A stretch of DNA of 64,000 nucleotides, from IMG/VR virus record IMGVR_UViG_3300034073_002120; one strand, given 5' to 3'. Position 1 is the stretch's first letter; the number at the start of each line of letters is the position of its first letter. Positions 35,755 through 47,400 of this stretch are shown in pieces. A model generated the notes under the pieces. That model searched no databases and was not told the origin of the DNA. It saw only the letters and a program-made list of their open reading frames with translations. Both the position numbers and the translations under genes were made by a program. Source of the stretch: a virus (Duplodnaviria; Caudoviricetes).

Positions 35755-36450
35755 TTATTTTTTTATTGTTGGAAATGAAAGAATTGCATATCTACCAATA
35801 CCATCAACTACTTCGGATACACCATGTTTGATGTGATGGTTTGATAAATCCATAATAGCACATTTTCCAAATGTTGGAATTACTTCTTCATCATTTAATA
35901 ATAATAACCCACCATTATTTTTATCATAATTTTCATTTAGATATACCAGAATAGAACATAATTTTACAGCATATTCATCAACATGAGGTGTAAATTTACA
36001 TTTATTGTTATAGTATGTCAATTGAACTTCGCCTGTATAATCAATTTGTTGAGTTTCATCAAAATCATATAAATAACGAATTATGTTATTGAATCCTATT
36101 TCAATTTTAGTTTGTAATTCATTTGGTGATAATCCTAATTTAACACTTGCATCTTGTATATCATTTTTAAAAAACCAACATTGCGAAACATCAGAATTAC
36201 CATATTCATCAAATAATTGTTCTTTTCTGATATTGGCATCTTCATATCCAATTTCACTATTATAACGAGTTTCAATCGCATCAGAATCAAATCTAAATTG
36301 ATTAAATAAATGTTGAATATTTTTTTCTTCGTTACACTTTAAATTGGTATTAAGAAAATTATAAAAATCTAAATCTATTTCATTTACAAAGAATTCACAA
36401 TATCCCTTTTCTTTAAAATGCTGTTTAGCAGTTTGAAAATTTATATTCAT
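35755..36450 (-). CDS. 2OG-Fe(II) oxygenase
   Basis: PHVD, ILVYLNE..NGGLL, HGVSEV, RYAIL. Confidence 0.8.
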   Translation of the reverse strand: MNINFQTAKQHFKEKGYCEFFVNEIDLDFYNFLNTNLKCNEEKNIQHLFNQFRFDSDAIETRYNSEIGYEDANIRKEQLFDEYGNSDVSQCWFFKNDIQDASVKLGLSPNELQTKIEIGFNNIIRYLYDFDETQQIDYTGEVQLTYYNNKCKFTPHVDEYAVKLCSILVYLNENYDKNNGGLLLLNDEEVIPTFGKCAIMDLSNHHIKHGVSEVVDGIGRYAILSFPTIKK

Positions 36451-36452
36451 AT

Positions 36453-36902
36453 TTAAATTTTTAATTTTAGTTTTGTAATTTCTTTGGATTCTATTCCATA
36501 TTTTTCACAAATATATTTGATATGTTCTCTACCTTCTTTAGTAGAATATAAAATTTCCAAATATTCTTCTGCTTGAAATTTAGAGCATTGGTAATCTTTA
36601 ATTACTAATTCTACTAACCATTTTTCATATGCATCTTCTTTCTTACCTTTAACGTATCTTAAATAGTATTTTCCCTTTGGCAAAATACCAATTAGAGCCA
36701 AATACAATTGTTTTGGCTCTAATGATTGTGTATATGGTTGTAATTCTGAAAGAAATTGTATCCAATCTGGGTTCATAGAAAGAAATCTATGTACCATATA
36801 ATTTGACCATGTCTTTTTATCAGCTTCATCTAACTTATCCCAATATTTAGGGTCTTGTTCAGATGTAATTGCTTTGATATGGTCGAATAGGGATTTAGCC
36901 AT
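36453..36902 (-). CDS. Clamp loader small subunit (T4 gp62-like)
   Basis: SLFDHIKAI, WSNYMVHRFLSM, KGKYYLRYVK; two genes downstream of groES in the same block as the large subunit. Confidence 0.7.
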   Translation of the reverse strand: MAKSLFDHIKAITSEQDPKYWDKLDEADKKTWSNYMVHRFLSMNPDWIQFLSELQPYTQSLEPKQLYLALIGILPKGKYYLRYVKGKKEDAYEKWLVELVIKDYQCSKFQAEEYLEILYSTKEGREHIKYICEKYGIESKEITKLKLKI

Positions 36903-37170
36903 TTTGTTCTTTACTTAATTTATCTTTATGTTCTAATGCCTGTAATTCTAATGCAGACATTTCGTGGTTCACTTCACCACATTCACCACAAACTAATACT
37001 TCAAATGGAATAACCATATCTTGTTCACCTCCAAACGCTAATTTAGATAGTTTACGGAATTTAGTTCCACTAATGAATACATCATATCCGCAATGAGGAC
37101 ATGTCATAGGAACGGAATTAGAAATATCTACTTTTTGTTTTGGTGGGTGTTGACCTAATATATTTGCCAT
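36895..37170 (-). CDS. Zinc-ribbon hypothetical protein
   Basis: CPHCG...CGECG. Confidence 0.65.
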   Translation of the reverse strand: MANILGQHPPKQKVDISNSVPMTCPHCGYDVFISGTKFRKLSKLAFGGEQDMVIPFEVLVCGECGEVNHEMSALELQALEHKDKLSKEQNG

Positions 37171-37176
37171 AATTTA

Positions 37177-37482
37177 TTATTTTATAATCATTTCTAAATC
37201 CATCTCTCTACAAAGATAGTATTCCTTTTCACCTAATTTGATTTTACGCAAACTCATTCCACCTGCAGGCAACATTACCTTGTCACCCACTTCTACTTCC
37301 ATAGGAATTTTAGTTCCACTTTGGGTATAAATACCATTACCTACTGAAACTACTACACCGATTTGATTTTCACCATCTCTGACAGTGTCTGGTATGATAA
37401 TTCCACCAACGGTCTTTTCTTTTACTTCTACTTCGATTAGGACTCTATCTCCTAATGGTTTTGCTAATTGTTCGTTTGACAT
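37177..37482 (-). CDS. groS: Co-chaperonin GroES
   Basis: KPLGDRVLI, EKTVGGIIIPD, VVSVGNG, VEVGDKV. Confidence 0.95.
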   Translation of the reverse strand: MSNEQLAKPLGDRVLIEVEVKEKTVGGIIIPDTVRDGENQIGVVVSVGNGIYTQSGTKIPMEVEVGDKVMLPAGGMSLRKIKLGEKEYYLCREMDLEMIIK

Positions 37483-37497
37483 ATGTTTATTTTAATT

Positions 37498-37707
37498 TTA
37501 ATCGAACCATTGTGAACGATTCGTTTTTAATTTTGTTACACCAGTTTTTCTTAATACATCTCTACCTTTTTCTTTCCAAGCACCAACTATTTTTGAATCC
37601 TTACGTTTATAGGCTGATAATTGGTCTAAATATGAAAAAAGGTCTTCCTCTGATAATCCTTTCAAATCATCATCAGTTAAGGGGTTTTTAGGGTCATATA
37701 CTATCAT
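37498..37707 (-). CDS. Small hypothetical protein
   Basis: ORF track 37498..37728. The ATG at 37707 lies downstream of a promoter. Confidence 0.55.
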   Translation of the reverse strand: MIVYDPKNPLTDDDLKGLSEEDLFSYLDQLSAYKRKDSKIVGAWKEKGRDVLRKTGVTKLKTNRSQWFD

Positions 37708-37725
37708 ATTATTTAGTTTTATAGT

Positions 37726-37757
37726 CAAATATACGAAATATATTCCATATTACCAAA
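37726..37757 (-). promoter_or_regulatory. Bacteroidota primary-sigma promoter
   Basis: Minus strand TTTG-N20-TATATTTG. Confidence 0.75.
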
Positions 37758-37763
37758 TTTTTA

Positions 37764-38309
37764 TTAAGATATATTAAGTATTTTTAATATATCATCTACG
37801 GTCTTTTCACCAACTTCAACAATATGATATGATATATTATTTTTTACTAATACATTTTCGATTTCAGTATCTAAACGTATTGATTCTGAAAGAGTTTGGT
37901 AGCGTTCTTTTTCATTATATCCACCTTCCGTTCGTTTTAACACTATATTTACGGAATCATATTGATTATGTATATCCAATACCATTTTATCAAAAGACTC
38001 TCTATATAAGGTTGCTGGATACTCTAAACCAGTATAAGCAGAACGATAAACTAATGATAATAAAATTGGGGAATCCAAAATGATATAATCCACCTTACTA
38101 AAACTCTTTACAATCCCCCTATGTTGATTTGCTAAAACATATAATTGGTCTCTGATTGCCGAATGGTTTTCATCCCATGCTAATTGTTTTGGAAATTCAT
38201 ATGGATTATCACAAGTTATATGTTTCTTTTTAAGTTTATAGGTAAGGCCGGAGGCAATTGAGGATTTACCTATACCCGGCCCACCAAATAGATTTATGAT
38301 TTTACTCAT
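37764..38309 (-). CDS. P-loop nucleotide-kinase-like ATPase (AAA_28/NadR-like)
   Basis: INLFGGPGIGKS, YEFPK, ILDSPILL, ERYQT. Confidence 0.75.
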   Translation of the reverse strand: MSKIINLFGGPGIGKSSIASGLTYKLKKKHITCDNPYEFPKQLAWDENHSAIRDQLYVLANQHRGIVKSFSKVDYIILDSPILLSLVYRSAYTGLEYPATLYRESFDKMVLDIHNQYDSVNIVLKRTEGGYNEKERYQTLSESIRLDTEIENVLVKNNISYHIVEVGEKTVDDILKILNIS

Positions 38310-39263
38310 TTATAGAATTGCGTTTATACCGATTAAGGTTGCCATAAAACAAATTTCTTTATCTACTACCAACGCATCTTTGTGTTGTCCTTGTGCAAGT
38401 TCTAAAATAACTGCAGAAGTATTACCTTGTGCATATTCATCTACTTTTTCATAAAGATATGAATACAATTCAGTAAAATCTTGTACACGAGAATCTGCAA
38501 CTGCTTGTCTTAGATTCACATAACGATTTCGTTTATCATCTTTTGATTTTAGAATATCTAAAATCTTAACTTTAATATCAGAATTTACGATTGAACCAGT
38601 ATCAACTTTTAATACACCTTTAGATGAATTTAATTGACACGTATTGATAATTTTACGAATATCTGGGTATGATGAATCTACAATAGGAACTAAATCTTTT
38701 GGTTCAAATTCAACACCTTCAATTTTTAATATCTTACTAATTTGAACTGCAACATCTTTTTTAGTAGGTGGTACAATTTGAAACGTTTGACAACGAGATT
38801 GAATTGGCTCGATGATTTTTTCTAAATAATTACAAGTCAAAATAAAACGACAATGTTTTGAAAAAGTTTCCATTACGTTACGAAGAGCTGCTTGTCCATT
38901 TGGTGTTAGATAATCTGACTCATCTAAGATAATAACTTTCAAAGCCTTAAATCCAACTGTGGATGCAAATCCTTTGATTCTATCTCTAATCGTATCTACA
39001 CCATTTTCATCTGATGCATTGATGATGATAAAATCACAATTGATTGAATTTACAATTAGTTTGGCAAGGGTAGTTTTACCAGTACCTGCTCTACCATAGA
39101 AAAGTAAATGTGGTATATCATGATTTTTGATATAATCCCCAATTTTTTCTCTTAAATGGTCATTACCTATATAGGTTTCCAATTCATTTGGCCTATATTT
39201 TTCAACCCATAAAGTATTTGATGTTTTAACTGATTCTTTTGTTACTTCTTCAAAAAATGCCAT
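38310..39263 (-). CDS. Clamp loader large subunit (RFC / T4 gp44-like AAA+)
   Basis: LWVEKYRP, GRAGTGKTT, NASDENG, ILDESD, FILTCN, IQSRC, PDIRK. Confidence 0.95.
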   Translation of the reverse strand: MAFFEEVTKESVKTSNTLWVEKYRPNELETYIGNDHLREKIGDYIKNHDIPHLLFYGRAGTGKTTLAKLIVNSINCDFIIINASDENGVDTIRDRIKGFASTVGFKALKVIILDESDYLTPNGQAALRNVMETFSKHCRFILTCNYLEKIIEPIQSRCQTFQIVPPTKKDVAVQISKILKIEGVEFEPKDLVPIVDSSYPDIRKIINTCQLNSSKGVLKVDTGSIVNSDIKVKILDILKSKDDKRNRYVNLRQAVADSRVQDFTELYSYLYEKVDEYAQGNTSAVILELAQGQHKDALVVDKEICFMATLIGINAIL

Positions 39264-39284
39264 ATTATTTATTTTTTATTTTAA

Positions 39285-40907
<1,623 letters not shown>

Positions 40908-40924
40908 TTATTTTTTTATTTTTA

Positions 40925-40956
40925 CAAAGATACAAAATATTTTTGAAATTACCAAA
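40925..40956 (-). promoter_or_regulatory. Bacteroidota primary-sigma promoter upstream of groL
   Basis: Minus strand TTTG-N20-TATCTTTG. Confidence 0.8.
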
Positions 40957-40957
40957 C

Positions 40958-40984
40958 AAAAATGGGAGAATTTTTCTCCCATTT
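40958..40984 (-). terminator. Intrinsic terminator after the TonB-dependent transporter
   Basis: Perfect inverted repeat AAATGGGAGAA..TTCTCCCATTT with a T-tract on the minus strand. Confidence 0.8.
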
Positions 40985-41005
40985 AAGTTTAGTTTTATTT
41001 TAGTA

Positions 41006-44000
41006 TTATCTACCAAAGATATAACGAATACCTAATTGTGCAGACCATACATCAAATACTGATGAATTGTACTGATAAGTATCTCTAGCTAAGATAGTAG
41101 AACCATCTGCTAATTTTTGAGTTGCTAACTTATAAACTGGTTCACCATTTGTTGTAGTTGAATAGTTTAAGATAGTTGGAATAGTTGCTCTTTGAGAAAC
41201 ACCCCACTCATTATTTAATAAATTACCAAAGTTCAAAATATCAGCTCTGATTTGAATTGTATTCTTTTTACCTTTAACATTTACATAAATATCTTGTACA
41301 ACTGATAAATCGAATCTATGTAACATCGGTAAGAATGAACCATTTCTTTCAGCATATTGACCTCTACGAGATGATAAATATTTATCTTGTCCGATGTAAG
41401 AATCAAATGCTGCTTGTTGTTCAGCTTCAGTATATGTTCTTCCACCTGCAGTTAATGGTGCGAATTTAATATCAGAACCTTTTGATGGAACGAAAATTAA
41501 ATCATTACCTGCTATTCTATCACCATTCATATCACCACCGATTGTGTAAGAGAATGGGTTACCCTGATTTCCTACATAACCTAATGTGAATGAAGTTGCA
41601 CCACCCATACCTTTACCATATTCTAATCTATATCCTAACAAACCAACTAAACGATTTGGAGATAAAAAATTTGAATTAGATAAAGATAAATCGTTATTAC
41701 CATTTACACTTCTTGCACCTGTCCAACTACCTGAAGCGATTGAACCTGCACTCATAAAGTCTTTAGCATCTGATACCGTCCAAGCAAATGAACCGAACAC
41801 ACCTTTTTGGTAAGGATATTCTAATTTCAAAGTTAATGAACTGAATGATGCATCATTTGAATTAGTTAATACAATTGCGTTTGAAACATTACTATTTACT
41901 CTAACACTTGCATCAGTTCTACCATACATCGCTCTTGTATCAACACCTGCGAATATACCAGTTGGAACACCAAAGTTTGCGTTATAATAATGAACTGCAT
42001 TTAAGTTTTTATTTGTAATAAATTCTGCAGTACCGATGAACCCAAATGGTAATTTTTGGTCAATTGCGATATTAGATTTCCAAACTTGTGGGAACTTATA
42101 GTTCTCATCTGTAAATGCCAAATCAAATGTAGATGGTAAAGTTGGAGTTGATGGAATAAAGTATTTGTTAGGGTCAGCAGTGAAACCATATTTAGCTGCT
42201 GCAGCACCACTAGCATCAATATATCCTGTCAATACACCATTATTACCTACTTGATTTGAAATGAATACATATGGAGGTCTACCAGTGAATACACCTGTAC
42301 CACCTCTTAATTGTGTTTTTCTATCACCAAATACATCGTAGTTAAATCCGAAACGAGGTTCGAAAAGTGTTTGTGTTTTTGGTAATTTACCAGTATTAAA
42401 CTTTTGTCCACCTGCAAATGTCATCGCCGTTACTGCTGGGTTTTCTAATGCAGTTTGTTCGAATGAAATTACTGCAGCTCTTAAACCCAAAGTAAACTTT
42501 AAGTTTTCAGTTGCCTGATATTCATCTTGTCCGTAAATATCTAATCTATCAGTTTTCAAAGTTTGTAATGGTTCTGCTGCTCCTGGTAATGCCGAATAAC
42601 GGAATTGGAAACGAGCGGGTGTCAACGTAGAAGGTGCTCCACCATTTGCTAATGATTGATTAGCTGCGGTGTAGAAATCTGCTAAACTATTGAAAATATA
42701 AACACCATTAGATGCTGGGAAAAATAAGTTATTAGATTGATATTTCTCATAGTTAAAACCTAATGTCAAAGTGTGTTTATCTGCATACTTTGTTAAGTTG
42801 TTTGTAATATGGAAAGTATTGTAATCTAATTTATTTCCAGGTGTGAATGGGTCAAAACCTACTGCCGTAAGAGTTGTTGCTCCTTCTTTAATATCCACAG
42901 TTGGGAATACATTAGAAAGATAAGCTCTATTTTCAATTTGTTTATCATAACCAACAATTAAGTTATTATGTAAAGTGTTTGATAATTTAGAGTTTAATTC
43001 TAACACATAAGAACGTGTATTATCCATAATACCATAACCACTATTCTTAAAACTCATTGCTAATGCTGATTGAGTTCTATTACCAAATCCTGCTGAAGAA
43101 GAGTTTGAAATGTTAATTTCTGCTTCAGAATCGTGATGAACATAACGTGCGGTTAATTTATGTTTATCGTTGATGTTCCAATCCATACGAACTAAGAATT
43201 TCTTAGATGCGTTTGTGTTAGAATACCCTTCAAATGGACCAGTTGTGTAATTAAACTTATCTTGCATAAATTTAGATAAGTCTGATAATTGTGTATAAGT
43301 TGGTCTGCTAACTTGCGAACCTGTTAATGGAGAACCTGTTGAAATCCAATTTGTTCCTGGTTCAGTTTTCTCAATTTGTTCGTAGTTTCCAAAGATGAAT
43401 AATTTATTCTTAATGATTGGAGCACCCAAACGGAAACCTTGTACCTTCTCATCAAATTTAGATGCGGTTACTTTTGTTCCTCTTGCATTATCACCAACAT
43501 ATGTAGATGAATTGTTTCTTTGTGTTTGATATACCGAACCTTCAATTTCGTTTGTACCAGAACGAGTTACTGCATTGATACCAGCACCAGTAAATCCACT
43601 CTGACGAATATCGAAAGGTGCGATGTTTACTTGTAATTGCTCAATCGCATCTAATGAAATTGCCGATGCTCCGGTTCTACCACCAGCTTGTGCAGATGAA
43701 CCTAAACCGAATCCATTATTGAATTGAGAACCATCGATTGTAAAGTTATTCAAACGAGAATCTTGTGCTCCGAATGAGTTTCCGTTTCCGTTTGGATTGT
43801 ATTTAGTAATACCATCGATTGTTCTTGCTCCCGTAATTGGAATGTTTTGTAAATCTCTACGAGTGAATTGTTGAGATGCACCAGTTCTTTCTCTTGATAT
43901 AAGATTATTTCTACCGGCACTTACTACCACTTCTTTTAATGTAGTAGTTTCATCAACTAAAACAAAATCAACGTTTGTAGTAATACCCAATTGAGTATTC

Positions 44001-44275
44001 ACATCTTTGATTTCATCTTTTTTGTATCCTACATAAGTAGTGTGTAATACATATGGACCACCTACTCTAATTGCAGGTAAAACATATGCACCATTTTTGT
44101 TGGTTACAGCATTATACTGCGTACCGGTTGGGGTATGTACTGCGTGAATCGTAGCACCTACCAACACTTCATTTTTCTCGTTTTTCACAACACCTGAAAT
44201 TGAGGAAGTAGTAATCTGACTAAATCCAAAAAATGAGGTCATTGCGAAAAGTAACGATAAAATTAGTTTTTTCAT
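41006..44275 (-). CDS. TonB-dependent transporter, Oar-like, with an N-terminal carboxypeptidase-regulatory-like domain
   Basis: Signal peptide MKKLILSLLF (ATG at 44275); ISGVV...LVGATI..GGPY; plug motif NNFTIDG..ISLDAIEQLQV..GAGINAVTRSGTN; barrel ending in QLGIRYIF. Confidence 0.9.
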   Translation of the reverse strand: MKKLILSLLFAMTSFFGFSQITTSSISGVVKNEKNEVLVGATIHAVHTPTGTQYNAVTNKNGAYVLPAIRVGGPYVLHTTYVGYKKDEIKDVNTQLGITTNVDFVLVDETTTLKEVVVSAGRNNLISRERTGASQQFTRRDLQNIPITGARTIDGITKYNPNGNGNSFGAQDSRLNNFTIDGSQFNNGFGLGSSAQAGGRTGASAISLDAIEQLQVNIAPFDIRQSGFTGAGINAVTRSGTNEIEGSVYQTQRNNSSTYVGDNARGTKVTASKFDEKVQGFRLGAPIIKNKLFIFGNYEQIEKTEPGTNWISTGSPLTGSQVSRPTYTQLSDLSKFMQDKFNYTTGPFEGYSNTNASKKFLVRMDWNINDKHKLTARYVHHDSEAEINISNSSSAGFGNRTQSALAMSFKNSGYGIMDNTRSYVLELNSKLSNTLHNNLIVGYDKQIENRAYLSNVFPTVDIKEGATTLTAVGFDPFTPGNKLDYNTFHITNNLTKYADKHTLTLGFNYEKYQSNNLFFPASNGVYIFNSLADFYTAANQSLANGGAPSTLTPARFQFRYSALPGAAEPLQTLKTDRLDIYGQDEYQATENLKFTLGLRAAVISFEQTALENPAVTAMTFAGGQKFNTGKLPKTQTLFEPRFGFNYDVFGDRKTQLRGGTGVFTGRPPYVFISNQVGNNGVLTGYIDASGAAAAKYGFTADPNKYFIPSTPTLPSTFDLAFTDENYKFPQVWKSNIAIDQKLPFGFIGTAEFITNKNLNAVHYYNANFGVPTGIFAGVDTRAMYGRTDASVRVNSNVSNAIVLTNSNDASFSSLTLKLEYPYQKGVFGSFAWTVSDAKDFMSAGSIASGSWTGARSVNGNNDLSLSNSNFLSPNRLVGLLGYRLEYGKGMGGATSFTLGYVGNQGNPFSYTIGGDMNGDRIAGNDLIFVPSKGSDIKFAPLTAGGRTYTEAEQQAAFDSYIGQDKYLSSRRGQYAERNGSFLPMLHRFDLSVVQDIYVNVKGKKNTIQIRADILNFGNLLNNEWGVSQRATIPTILNYSTTTNGEPVYKLATQKLADGSTILARDTYQYNSSVFDVWSAQLGIRYIFGR

Positions 44276-44352
44276 AATTGTCCTTTTTTTGTTGTTAAAA
44301 ATTAAATAAACTATTTGAGACCGTCTCAAATTTTATAATAAAAAGGTTTCCC

Positions 44353-44595
44353 TTATTTATTCGAAAGTAATAATTCCTTATTAGGCACAAAGTCATCATC
44401 ACCACCAGTTGTATATGGTGGATTAAAATCATTTGTAAATGTAGGGGAATTAGTTCCATGTTCCGGTTTCCATTCACCGGTATCAACTTTGTTTAGGGTG
44501 TATTTGATAAACTCCCAATCTGATGGAGTTGGGATAGTATTTCCCAATCCTTGTGTAAAACCTCTCAACCAAAATATAAATTCGTTTGATGTCAT
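44353..44595 (-). CDS. Small hypothetical phage protein
   Basis: MTSNEFIFWLRGF N-terminus. Confidence 0.6.
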   Translation of the reverse strand: MTSNEFIFWLRGFTQGLGNTIPTPSDWEFIKYTLNKVDTGEWKPEHGTNSPTFTNDFNPPYTTGGDDDFVPNKELLLSNK

Positions 44596-44645
44596 TGTAG
44601 ATAAGTATTATATATATTTTATTTTTATATTACCAAATTGTTAAA

Positions 44646-46283
44646 TTATGGTTTATAGAAAACAAAGATTGGTTCAAACTTATATGCTTTACCATCATGT
44701 TTTACTGCGTTTTTAATACCTGTCTTAGTTGGGTCTAATCCCACCATTCTAGTCATCAACATCTTCAACTTACCTTTGTACTCACATCCCAATTCTTTAA
44801 GAATATCGATTGAATCTTGCTCTAATGCATAGTAAGTATCTTTACCGATTTTAATATCTGCAATATTCCAAAGAATGTATCTATCATTCTTCATATATTC
44901 GTAGATAGTTGTTAAAGTAGGACGTAAGAAATTATCTCTCCAATCATCATATTCACCATAAGCTTTGAAAGATTGATTCTCATCTTGTGAGTATTGTTCT
45001 CTATTAAAGTATGGAGGCGATGTGAAAGATATATCTAATTTACCTTTGTATTTTTGAAACTTAGGATTATGTTGAATTAACTCCGAACCATCTTGAAACA
45101 ACTCATATGTATTACCTTGTTTTTCTACATCAAAGAATTTGGTAAATGTTTCTGAAAAATCATCTACGCAATTATCATTATAGAATTTAGCTGCGTATTC
45201 ATAACGAGATATTCCCAACTCTTTAATAAAATTATCAGGGTTAGGGTCAGTTCCCACATAATGAGTTTTCTTTCTACTACTCATTGCACCTAAGATTCTA
45301 CCACCCCATCCACTTGATGAATCGTAAATATGAAGAGGTTCATCTTGTTCGATGTGTGATGTATAATTTTCGTAAATCCACTTAGCAGTTAATGCAGGGA
45401 AATTTACTGCAGGTTGTCCACAACTTAAACGAAATACTTGTAAGATTTTTGGGAATATACCAACTGTCTTATCATACCAACGAATTAGATAATAAAACTT
45501 TTTAGTTGTTTTACCATCTGCAAGTGTCATATGGTCTTCAATTGATTTAACGTTAGACATTTGAGTTGGGTTTAACCATCCCTTATCTACACATTCTTGT
45601 AATTGTTCTGCGTTTAAGTAAAGATTACCAAATCCAATATATTGTTCGTTAATAGTTCCGTAATTATCAATAGTATCTTCTTTTACTTTTGCAATTACAA
45701 TATCTAAATCAGAATGTTTACCTATAAAGATTTTACCTTCATATACTTTCTGAATGAACTCTACACCAGTTTCACCATCCCAAAATTCGTTCTCATCTTT
45801 TTTATTTACAATAGAACGTGACCAGGAATACATAGAATCTCTCTTAACTGCTCTACGCATGATTTTTACGAACACATCTTCTAAATTCGGGTCAGAAAAG
45901 TGGTCGTAAATAGATAATCCACCATCAGCAGATTTTCCAATTGAAATTTTAGTTTTCAACATCGTAGGGAAAAACTGATTGATTGCCGATGCATCCTTAT
46001 TAAAGTTTTGGATAATACCTAATGATTCTTCATCACCGGTTAAATCTTTTTGTAGGAAATCGCAATCATTTCCTTTTAATTTCTTAAAAGATTCGATAAT
46101 ACCATCCTTATCTTTACCGATAACAGGAGGTACACCATCTTCATCCCATTGCTTAGTTACTTCTTTACGCAATAACTTAGCCCAATTAATGAACTCATCA
46201 TCAGTCATTTGTAGTAACTGATGATAAGTTCTATTGGATTGGAATTCAGAAAATTTTGAACGTTCGTAATAGTATTTCGTCAT
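44646..46283 (-). CDS. SAM-dependent amino-methyltransferase-like protein (motif I before SPPY)
   Basis: YDSSSGWGGRILG (motif I), GTDPN, DISFTSPPYFNREQYS (motif IV), WNIADI. Confidence 0.75.
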   Translation of the reverse strand: MTKYYYERSKFSEFQSNRTYHQLLQMTDDEFINWAKLLRKEVTKQWDEDGVPPVIGKDKDGIIESFKKLKGNDCDFLQKDLTGDEESLGIIQNFNKDASAINQFFPTMLKTKISIGKSADGGLSIYDHFSDPNLEDVFVKIMRRAVKRDSMYSWSRSIVNKKDENEFWDGETGVEFIQKVYEGKIFIGKHSDLDIVIAKVKEDTIDNYGTINEQYIGFGNLYLNAEQLQECVDKGWLNPTQMSNVKSIEDHMTLADGKTTKKFYYLIRWYDKTVGIFPKILQVFRLSCGQPAVNFPALTAKWIYENYTSHIEQDEPLHIYDSSSGWGGRILGAMSSRKKTHYVGTDPNPDNFIKELGISRYEYAAKFYNDNCVDDFSETFTKFFDVEKQGNTYELFQDGSELIQHNPKFQKYKGKLDISFTSPPYFNREQYSQDENQSFKAYGEYDDWRDNFLRPTLTTIYEYMKNDRYILWNIADIKIGKDTYYALEQDSIDILKELGCEYKGKLKMLMTRMVGLDPTKTGIKNAVKHDGKAYKFEPIFVFYKP

Positions 46284-46286
46284 ATA

Positions 46287-47000
46287 TTAACTAGCAATCT
46301 CCACAAGATAATAATCCGATGTATATTCTCCTGCTTCGAAATGAATGTGAGATAATCCTTGTGATGAAATGTTTAAAGTAGCATCTTTTGCTTCTTTGTT
46401 TGCAACTAAGATTTCTTTTAAATAAGTTGCTGAGAATGAGATTGGTTCTACATCACCTGAAATTTCACCTTCAACATCGATTGAAATTCGGTTTGTATTG
46501 ATGTTAGAATGTCCCAATACGATTTGTGCTTTACCATTCTTTACAACAAATGTAAAGTTGTTTTCATCTGCTAACGCACTCTTAGCACGGATGAATTTAC
46601 TAATGAAGTTTTCATCCAATTTGATTTTGATATTAAAATCTGGTAACTTCTTCAAATCTGGTACGTTAGGAATAACCGAAAGGTCAGCCAACATATAGTT
46701 TACCGAAGTTGAACCATCTTTGAATTTCAAAGAAACTGGTTTACCATCTACATCAGAAATTTCAAAATCAACTGCTTCACCCAATACTCCTAACATTTTT
46801 GTTAGTTTAGATGTATCATATACACCAAATGTTGCATCGTTGAAATTGAACTCATTCAACGTTACTTTACCTAAAACTGATTTATCATCAGAAATAAATG
46901 AAGTTGTTAATGAGTTGTCTTTTGTTTCCCACTTAACTGATTCTACCAAACCAGCAAGATTGTACTTTTGTACGAAACGATTTAATTTACCTTTTTCCAT
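46287..47000 (-). CDS. DNA sliding clamp (T4 gp45-like)
   Basis: FGVYDTSKLTKML, YMLADLSVI, FSATYLKEIL, ISSQGLSHI; replication context. Confidence 0.75.
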   Translation of the reverse strand: MEKGKLNRFVQKYNLAGLVESVKWETKDNSLTTSFISDDKSVLGKVTLNEFNFNDATFGVYDTSKLTKMLGVLGEAVDFEISDVDGKPVSLKFKDGSTSVNYMLADLSVIPNVPDLKKLPDFNIKIKLDENFISKFIRAKSALADENNFTFVVKNGKAQIVLGHSNINTNRISIDVEGEISGDVEPISFSATYLKEILVANKEAKDATLNISSQGLSHIHFEAGEYTSDYYLVEIAS

Positions 47001-47033
47001 GTGTTTGTTTTTTATTATTTAATTTATTTGTTA

Positions 47034-47065
47034 CAAAGATACGAATAATTTTTGAATTATCCAAA
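47034..47065 (-). promoter_or_regulatory. Bacteroidota primary-sigma promoter upstream of the clamp gene
   Basis: Minus strand TTTG-N20-TATCTTTG. Confidence 0.8.
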
Positions 47066-47071
47066 TTTATT

Positions 47072-47398
47072 TTAAAAATATATTTTACGAATTGAATAAA
47101 ATTGTCCATTTTCTGATGTAAAGGTGGCCAAATAGTTTTCAGCTTCAATCATCGTTTCAAATTTCATTATTTGTTGTGAATCTATTTTATTACCACCTTC
47201 ATATAATACTGGTATAGTTTGAGTATCTATAATTTCTATTTGTGGTAGATTTGGATTGTAATTGTAACTTTGACTGATTTGAATTGCATGTTTTGTACCT
47301 ATTGACATCTGATGTAAATCTCTATCATTTGCCCACATGATTCCATCATATAACCATTTATTTTGAGAACACTCATATATACAATAATACCCTTTCAT
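47072..47398 (-). CDS. Hypothetical protein
   Basis: 108-aa ORF. Confidence 0.55.
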   Translation of the reverse strand: MKGYYCIYECSQNKWLYDGIMWANDRDLHQMSIGTKHAIQISQSYNYNPNLPQIEIIDTQTIPVLYEGGNKIDSQQIMKFETMIEAENYLATFTSENGQFYSIRKIYF

Positions 47399-47400
47399 AT

